From NCBI RefSeq assembly GCF_009914755.1, contig NC_060930.1: 64,000 bases of DNA; one strand, 5' to 3'. How positions within the stretch are numbered: position 1 is the first letter of the stretch; every line of letters starts with the position of its first letter. Below, one piece after another: positions 56,841-64,000 of the stretch. Below the pieces are notes generated by a model. That model did not search any database and had not been told where the DNA came from. It was given only the letters and a program-made list of their open reading frames with translations. The position numbers were made by a program, and so were the translations under genes. The DNA comes from the human T2T-CHM13v2.0 reference genome, Homo sapiens.

Positions 56841-57554
56841 TATAAGAAATAAAAGTACAATCATAAGTCCCTCAACTGACTGAGCCCCCTCTTGGCCATG
56901 GGGATCCCAGAGAAACCTTGGAAGCTGAGTTGCTGGTCATGATGGGATAGGAAGTCTAACACACCCCATTATACCCCTCCCCTGTTAAGAGCCCTTAGGC
57001 TTTCTTCCCTAAGGGCTAAATGGAAACCAGCCTTTCAAAAGGCTCCACCACTGATTTCAACCAACCACCTGATGCTGCCCCTCCCTTTGTGGTTCTCACA
57101 CAAAAGCCAATCAGCATTCCTTCCTGATTAGAGATCACCAATCACAGAGTGGTTCTGGCCAGTCTACAGAGGCCACACAGAGAGGATTTTCTTGTTCTCT
57201 GCTTCATATTTTTATGTTGGAGAGCTGAAAACTTCACCCTTGGATCATATTAAGGCTGCCATTTCTGAACATGGGACTCATGGAGAGTCATAAAGCTCAA
57301 TTGTGCATGCACATGTTTCTCCTTTTATAAATATTTGTGACTCATCCCATAGCTTATTGAATATGTATATTTGGCCACCCCATTGAGCATAAATTCTTGT
57401 CTTGTTCTTCCTACTCTTAAAGTGCTTGTTTTTGGCTTCTGGCAGGAGGCTACCCTTCCCAGCCTGTCAGAATGGCGCCCATAGGCTGCAACCCTTTATG
57501 AGAAATAAAACTCTCCTTTCCAAATTTATGAACCTCATCATTCTAGAGTTGATA
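56841..57554 (+). mobile_element. MER39-type ERV1 solo LTR
   Basis: CCCTCAACTGACTGA...CTCTTGGCCATGGGGATCCCAGAGAAACCTTG...GAGAAATAAAACTCTCCTTTCCAAATTTATGAACCTC. Confidence 0.78.
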
Positions 57555-57999
57555 GTACACACAGACACACATAAAATCAGTTGTTATGAAAATTAAGTTG
57601 ATAATAAACTGTATTAGCATCAAATAGAAATGAAAAGTGAGGTCTTAATGTAGCTAGCACAGACACAGCAACTACTCACATATTGAAACAAAGATGATAA
57701 ACACATTCCGAGCGAATATGAAGATATCTAGACACATATTTTAGAACAAAATTAGGTTGAAAATTTAAGCAAGTTAAAGTGCAATAAAGTATAATTAGAA
57801 AAAAGAAAATATTAATCTCAAAAATTACAAGCCATGTGGTGAATCCCCAAAACATACATATAGCTTCATCTAGCAAATACTATGAAATACAATACAGTAA
57901 TCACATATAGACCTATATATGTATATTATATATGTATAAACGAGCTTCTTTACTCAAATAAAGATACTGATAGATTTTACGACACACCTCCCTAAAAGA

Positions 58000-58946
58000 A
58001 AAGCAGAACATGCCACCTCAGATATGCCTCTTTGTGTAAGGATTATTTTCATCTGATCATTTTGAGAAACTGCAGATACAGGATAAGCTTTAAAAAGCTA
58101 CCCTCTTGTAAGAGAAGGGTACATGTATGAAAGAAATCTTCATTTCTAAGGGTGTCTCCCTCTTTGCACCAGGAAGGGAAGGATGAATGAGTCACTGAGA
58201 CTCATCAATGGAGAAGGAACTGAGAGTTAAGTCCGCATGATAAATCTTGCCTTTTTTGACCACCTGATCCTAACTGTGCTTTTCCCCACATTCTTTTTTT
58301 CTTTGTTCTTGAAAACCATTGTACTAGAGCTTAGAGACAGAGCTACAATGGTTGACTCATGAACACCATGGGTTTAAACTGCAAGGGCCCACCACTAGTG
58401 GACTTTCTTTTGCCTCTTCTAGCCTTGAGAGAGCAAGATGAATTTTTTCTCTTTCTCCTCCTCCTCAGCTTAATGTGAAGACAACAATGATCAAGACATT
58501 TATGATGATCCACTTTTATTTAATAAATAGTAAATACATTTTCTTTTCCTACGATTTTCTTAATATTTTCTTTTATCTAGCTTATTTTATTGTAAGGATA
58601 CAGTATATCATACATATAACATACAAAATATGTGTTAATTGACTGCTTCTCTTGTCATTAAGGCTTCAGGTCAATAGCAGGCTATTGGGAGAGCTGAAAG
58701 TTGTGAGCAAATTTTCAGCTGACTAGAAATTCAGTGCCCCTAATGCCTGTGTTGTTCAAGGGTCAACTGTACTTTGAAATCTACTTTAAAGATTTACTCA
58801 TTTCTCTGGGTTAACTCCCATGTATATAGGAGTTACACACGTTATTAAACATTTGTGTATTTCTTGTTAATCTGTATCTTTTTACAGGGGCTCCTAGCTA
58901 AGAACTCAAGAGGGGTAGAGAGGAAAATTATTCCTTCTCCCCTACA
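58000..58946 (+). mobile_element. MER34-type ERV1 LTR split by Tigger2a
   Basis: CAGAACATGCCACCTCAGATATGCC...TTTTGAGAAACTGCAG...; 3' part GGGTAGAGAGGAAAATTATTCCTTCTCCCCTACA. Confidence 0.78.
58346..58769 (+). mobile_element. Tigger2a (MER28) DNA transposon
   Basis: TIRs GTTGACTCATGAACAC / GTGTTGTTCAAGGGTCAACTG, flanked by TA. Internal TTTATGATGATCCACTT. Confidence 0.88.
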
Positions 58947-60453
58947 ATATGCTTTAATATTTTCATATAAAGTATAATGAGTCATTATCTTATAACACTG
59001 GGTACAATAACTATTTTTAGTGTAAACTACAATATTCATCTCCCACTTACTACTGAGCTTTATACTTTTTAAGCTCAAAGAAGTCATTATTTATATATTA
59101 AAAGCAATATTTAACATAAGTATTTTCTGAGTCTGACAATTTCTCACTTTGAAATGTAAAAACAAAATTTGGCATTCTATGATTTGACAACTTATTATTT
59201 ATGATCCTCTTTCAGACCATTATGTATTTGCTTTCTCTGCCCTTCAGGGAGATAAAAATATCAATCTTTTCTCTGGGGTAGTCTGCATTTCATCTGCCTG
59301 TGTCTGCATCTTGAACGGTTCATTACACAGACCTGAATTTGCTTACTTAATGTGTCAGTTAGTATAAAAAGATTCTATTGCACCCTTTTGATATTTTGGA
59401 AGCTTTTCTTTCTTCCTTTTTCTTTTTTGGAAAAGGATAAAATGTTGTAGGGAAACCACACAAAAACAATTTTACTTTGTTTTTGATATTAAAAAGAACA
59501 AATTGGAAAACTTGTGAATAAATTCTGGAATGCACTTGCTTTGAGTCTGCCTTTGGTTAGCTTTAGAAACTGCTTTAGATTACCTTTGGAAACAGGAAAA
59601 ATAAACAAAACAAAAAGTGTCACTAAATAGGAAATCTCCCTTTTGCTTTCAACTAGTTCATATTTATATCTAAAAAATCAAAGTGAATCACATTTACATT
59701 CTTCTCAAGTACAAAAATTAATTTGTAGAAATTTGAAATATATTATTAATTTCATGTTATTTGAAAGCCAATTGCTTTTTCATTCCTATTCTGTCCTTTG
59801 AAAATAAATTTTTTATATCTTTTGACATTATAAAGCCTCTAGAGATCTCTTTAATAAAACATCAAGGAAAGTATTTATCAAAAGACTAATAGGTAAGCAT
59901 TCTTTCACAACTTAAATAATAAATGTTATTGTATAATAATAAATTTGTATTTGATATTGAAAATAAATCTTGCACTTACTATATGTTACTATACAAGTAT
60001 AATTAGTACTCTGTAAATAATTAATGGTATCATTCATATACCAGATATATACCAAATGCAGTAAATCTCCATAATTCTTTCATAATTTAAAAGTAGTTTC
60101 TGTACCTATTAGTATTATGATTGCATATTCACAATCTCTTAAAGTTTGAATGAAAATGCTATTCAGAAAAAACTTTAAATCAAAATATATTTTCTAAATG
60201 CAAATGTAAAAAATGTTTCAAATATAAATGGTTTGAAAAAAACTTTAACTCCATTTTTTGTTAGTAAAATCATTAGACTTATGATGTGTATAGATTAAAG
60301 GGTTCCCATAATGATAATGTTTTTAGAGTTCAGAGAAAATCTCCAGCCCCTTCAACCAGGACTGCCCCTTGAATGTACAGGGCCCTCCACAAATATTTTG
60401 TGAAACAAGGATTTGTTTATATAAACAATTTGAATAAAAGTTGTATTACAAAA

Positions 60454-60750
60454 GGCTGGGCACAGTGGCTCACACATATAGTCCCGGCACTTTGGGAGGC
60501 CAAGGCTGGCTGATCATGAGGTCAAGAAATTGAGACCATCCTGGCCAACACGGTGAAACCCCGTCTCTACTAAAAATACAAAAATTAGCTGCGCATGGTG
60601 GTGTCTGCCTGTAGTCCCAGCTACTGGGGAGGGTGAGGCAGGAGAGGTGCTTGAACCCAGGAGTCAGAGATTGCAGTGAGCCAAGATCACACCACTGCAC
60701 TCCTGGCGACAGAGCAAGACTCCGTCTCAAAAAATAAAAATAAAAATAAA
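60454..60750 (+). mobile_element. AluSc-like
   Basis: GAGACCATCCTGGCCAAC and CCTGGCGACAGAG. Perfect 18-bp TSD AAAAGTTGTATTACAAAA (60436-60453 / 60751-60768). Confidence 0.96.
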
Positions 60751-62199
60751 AAAAGTTGTATTACAAAATTCCTGGCCCCATGTAAGAGTCAATGATTTAT
60801 CATTGATTATTTAGAAAAATGGGTAGAGAAGAGGCACCTAATTGTTCATTTTCCAGTAAGTACATGGATAGATTTTTTTATAGGGTCTGGATACCCACTC
60901 TTCCTGTTCACTTTCAGCAGACAAGTTTTCCTCCTCTGTTTCAAATGCATCATTCTTCGCTAAGTTTATACCTTTTGCCATAAATGAAAGGTAATAACAT
61001 TATTATAACTGACAATGCCTTGGCTCTTTGGAACCTGTTTGTGCTAAACAACATAAAACTTTTTGCCCCTGCATTTCCTTAATACTGTTTATTAAATGTT
61101 CGGTGCAGCATTACTCAAGACAGCGTGTTATCCACATGAAGCTTTACTGGCTTCCAGTGATTCTTGCAAAGGCTAATACTGTACTTCAATTATCATAAAC
61201 AAAAATGCAAGTCTTAACCAGAGTATGAAGAAAAATGTAAATAAAAATTAATTTTCTGAGCATGAAAAGAAGGAAGGAAGGAAAAAAGAAAAATTGTCTT
61301 AGTTGTTAAGGCATAAATAAATTACAACAAATAATCCTTGAGAACAAATATTAATATTTCTAATTAACCACTAGTCAGTTTTAGAAATTGAGTTACTTGT
61401 TCAAATTTCCCACCCTCTTATCCACATATTTATTTTAGAAAATTGGCTGATAGTGCAGTATGACCTCAGCCACTGGTACCATTTCTTTGGTCCAAGTTCA
61501 TTAGCACCTAATTCAAACAAGACCAATAAATACATTCATTAGCACATTCAAAACTGGGTCACAAATATTTTAATGTTTTTTTCTCTCATAGCTAGGTTGT
61601 AATATGTAATACTTAGAATGTATTAATGGTTATTTTTCCCCCCACAATGGAAAAAAGTCATTGTGGACTTGGAGAAATGGAAGCCAACCTAAAGAGATAT
61701 GCAGAGAAAGAGTGAAACAGAGGACATGGCAGCATGTGATAATTATAAATCCAGTGATTTCTAAGATTCAGAATCATCCCAGGCATTCTTTACTTAGTCA
61801 CTCACGCTTTCCTTGAATTTCATGAGCCTATACAATCTTCTGCTTAAGTTAGAATTCTGTCACTTAAAAATATCGAATACCAGTGTTAAACACAGATTAA
61901 AAAAAAAAACAAAATATATAGGCCTGCTTTAACTACAGTGCTAAGAATCAATTACAAATAAATCAAAATGCTTTCAAATTTGGAATATACAAAAGATATT
62001 TTTCCTATTAAGCAATGGATTGGTAGATACTTAAAATAAATGATTAAAAATTACTAAAAACAATTCTATCAATGCCTTTTTAATTTGATGGTAAAATGTC
62101 AATGAAACAGAAAGGGGTTTTAAACCCAAATGCATTTATTGGGAATTGTTTCAAATATTTAAGAAATAGATTATTACTATGCTATGAAATCTATTCCAA

Positions 62200-63347
62200 A
62201 AGCAGTTTTGAAATCTAGCTGAGTAAACTCCTTTAGGGTCTAAAGCCTGGGAATAATCCTCTATGGTGCTGTTTCTGGCCCTCTGGGACCATATTGTGCC
62301 CTCTGGGTTATCCTTCCCCTATTGATAAACAATGGAATGTGTTACCAGAGAATTAGTTCTATCAATCTTTTTTTCACCATTCAAATTTTATGGTCCAATG
62401 ACTTTTAAAATTTCCTTCTCACTGATGGTTTTAGTCTGAGATGGCAGTGTTTCTGCTGGTAAAAATTCCAAAGAACTTATTGGGTCACCCATGTATGTCA
62501 TAGGTATTCACTCTATCAGACAAGTGGCTTGTCTGTAGATTTTCCTAGATAGTTTCTTCTTCATTTTTAGCTCCCGAGATTGCTAGAATCTCCCTAGTTT
62601 TGTTGAGAGAAATGGTGATTCACTCTCTTAATCATTTTAAAGGTTCTATGTGACTAAATACTTCGATCTTTTGATCTTTCTGATGTATTAGCAAGAAGTT
62701 GTAAAGCCACACACTCAGATATATCTCTATGCAACATTTTGGAAGCAATCTCATAATTTTACAAGTTATTACCATCTGGTGGGCTAAGAATACCCAAATC
62801 ACCTACTCCTGCTTTCTATTTGTTAAACAGGTTTCCCTCAATTTACCTCTTTCTTTTCACATTTTCCTATAAGCAGTGAGAAGAAACGAGATGGTACATT
62901 CATCACTTTGCTTATAAATTTCAGATAAACATCAGGGTTCATCCTGTCATTTACAAGTACAGCTCTCTAAACAACTGCAGGATAATACTTTGTTGAGCTT
63001 CCTGTCACAGTGATACAAGGGTTCCCTTTATAACACATGCCTCCCTTCCTGCTGGGCTCTCAGCAGCAACACCTTCAAAGTTCATGTTTCTATTAATCAT
63101 TGGTAGAGATATGATTCCCAATTATTTAGGTATTCTTTAAAGGGGTTTAAGAGTCTATGCCACACTCCTTCACTTCCTTCTGAGCCCTCACTAGCAGAGT
63201 CACTAACATCCATGTGTCTGCTGGTCCATCCAAGATAATTGGGGCTTTTTCTATCATGATCCTCAAATTCTTTCAGTCTGCCCACTGCCCAATTCTAAAG
63301 CCATTTCTCCATTTTCAGAGTTACAATAGCACTCCACTTCTAATATC
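62200..63347 (-). mobile_element. MaLR (MLT1) internal sequence with ORF remnant
   Basis: Joins the LTR via GTTACAATAGCACTCCACTTCTAATATC|TGTATT. ORF 63097-63285 MGRLKEFEDHDRKS...MDVSDSASEGSEG...FKEYLNN resembles the MaLR internal ORF. Confidence 0.75.
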
Positions 63348-63902
63348 TGTATTATATTTCTAATGCTGTGTAAAAATTATTACAAACATAATTGCTTAAA
63401 ACAACACACATTATCTTACAATTCCATAAGTCAGTTATCTGGATGAGCTCTTATCAGGAGGCTGAGGGAAAAAATCCACTTTCAAGCTCATTCAGGTCAT
63501 TGGCCAAATTCAGCTACTTGCAGCTATAAGACAGAGGCCTCCATTTTCTTTTTCGTGGTCCGCAGAGGGCAGCCTAAACTCCAGCAGACATCCCTCTGAG
63601 CCTTGCCCTATAGTCCCCTAAACATTACAGCTAGCCACATATCAAATTCTTCTCGTTCTTGATGTATCTCTGACTTCTGCTTTTGCTCTCTTTTATCTTC
63701 TCTGATTGCATCTCTCTGTCTCCAGCCAGATAAAGCTGTCTGCTTTTAAGAGGTCATATGATTGCAGTGAGTCTACTCAGTCATATAGATCTGTAACCTT
63801 AATTCTATGTGCAAAATCTCTTTGTCATGTAGTGTAACGTATTAACAGGTTCTAGGGATTAGAGAATGGGCATCTTTGTGGGGTCAATCTGTTTATCATG
63901 CA
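63348..63902 (-). mobile_element. MaLR LTR (MLT1E-like), 5' LTR of the adjacent internal sequence
   Basis: TGTATT...GCTTAAAACAACAC...AATCCACTTTCAAGCTCATTCAGGT...GTAACCTTAATT...GGTTCTAGGGATTAG. Confidence 0.82.
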
Positions 63903-64000
63903 GATCATTTTATAAAGCTAGTAAAATCCGTATTCCAAATCTGTAAGACAATACAAAAGAAATTATATACTATTCCACTTATAAAGGACAATGCAAAAAT

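Overview
This is AT-rich, CpG-poor primate (most likely human) genomic DNA. I found no protein-coding gene, CpG island, RNA gene or CRISPR array that I can support, so it reads as intergenic or deep intronic. About half or more of the window is transposable-element derived. Main elements: (1) a complete non-autonomous MER4-type ERV1 provirus on the minus strand (16067-23517) with both LTRs, PBS and PPT regions, carrying a nested solo LTR7 (HERV-H), two Alus and an LTR8-like segment; (2) a near-full-length old primate L1 (L1PA15/16-like, minus strand, ~26468-33954) carrying two inverted THE1D LTRs and an Alu; (3) solo LTR2 (HERV-E) and LTR12 (ERV9) elements with clean target-site duplications (TSDs); (4) many MaLR/ERVL LTRs, about a dozen Alus, MIR/L2/old L1 fragments and DNA-transposon relics (Blackjack, MER2, Tigger2a, Tigger3a). 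The ORFs in the supplied track are repeat-derived or chance ORFs. The most notable items are a solo LTR7 with a SOX-type motif and a mutated polyA signal, a perfect 75-bp tandem duplication inside an old LTR, a ~185-bp displaced duplication, a 3'-deleted AluY and a templated insertion within the L1. I did not find convincing evidence of a previously undescribed biological system. Subfamily names come from my recall of consensus sequences and need RepeatMasker/Dfam confirmation. Boundaries without a TSD are approximate.
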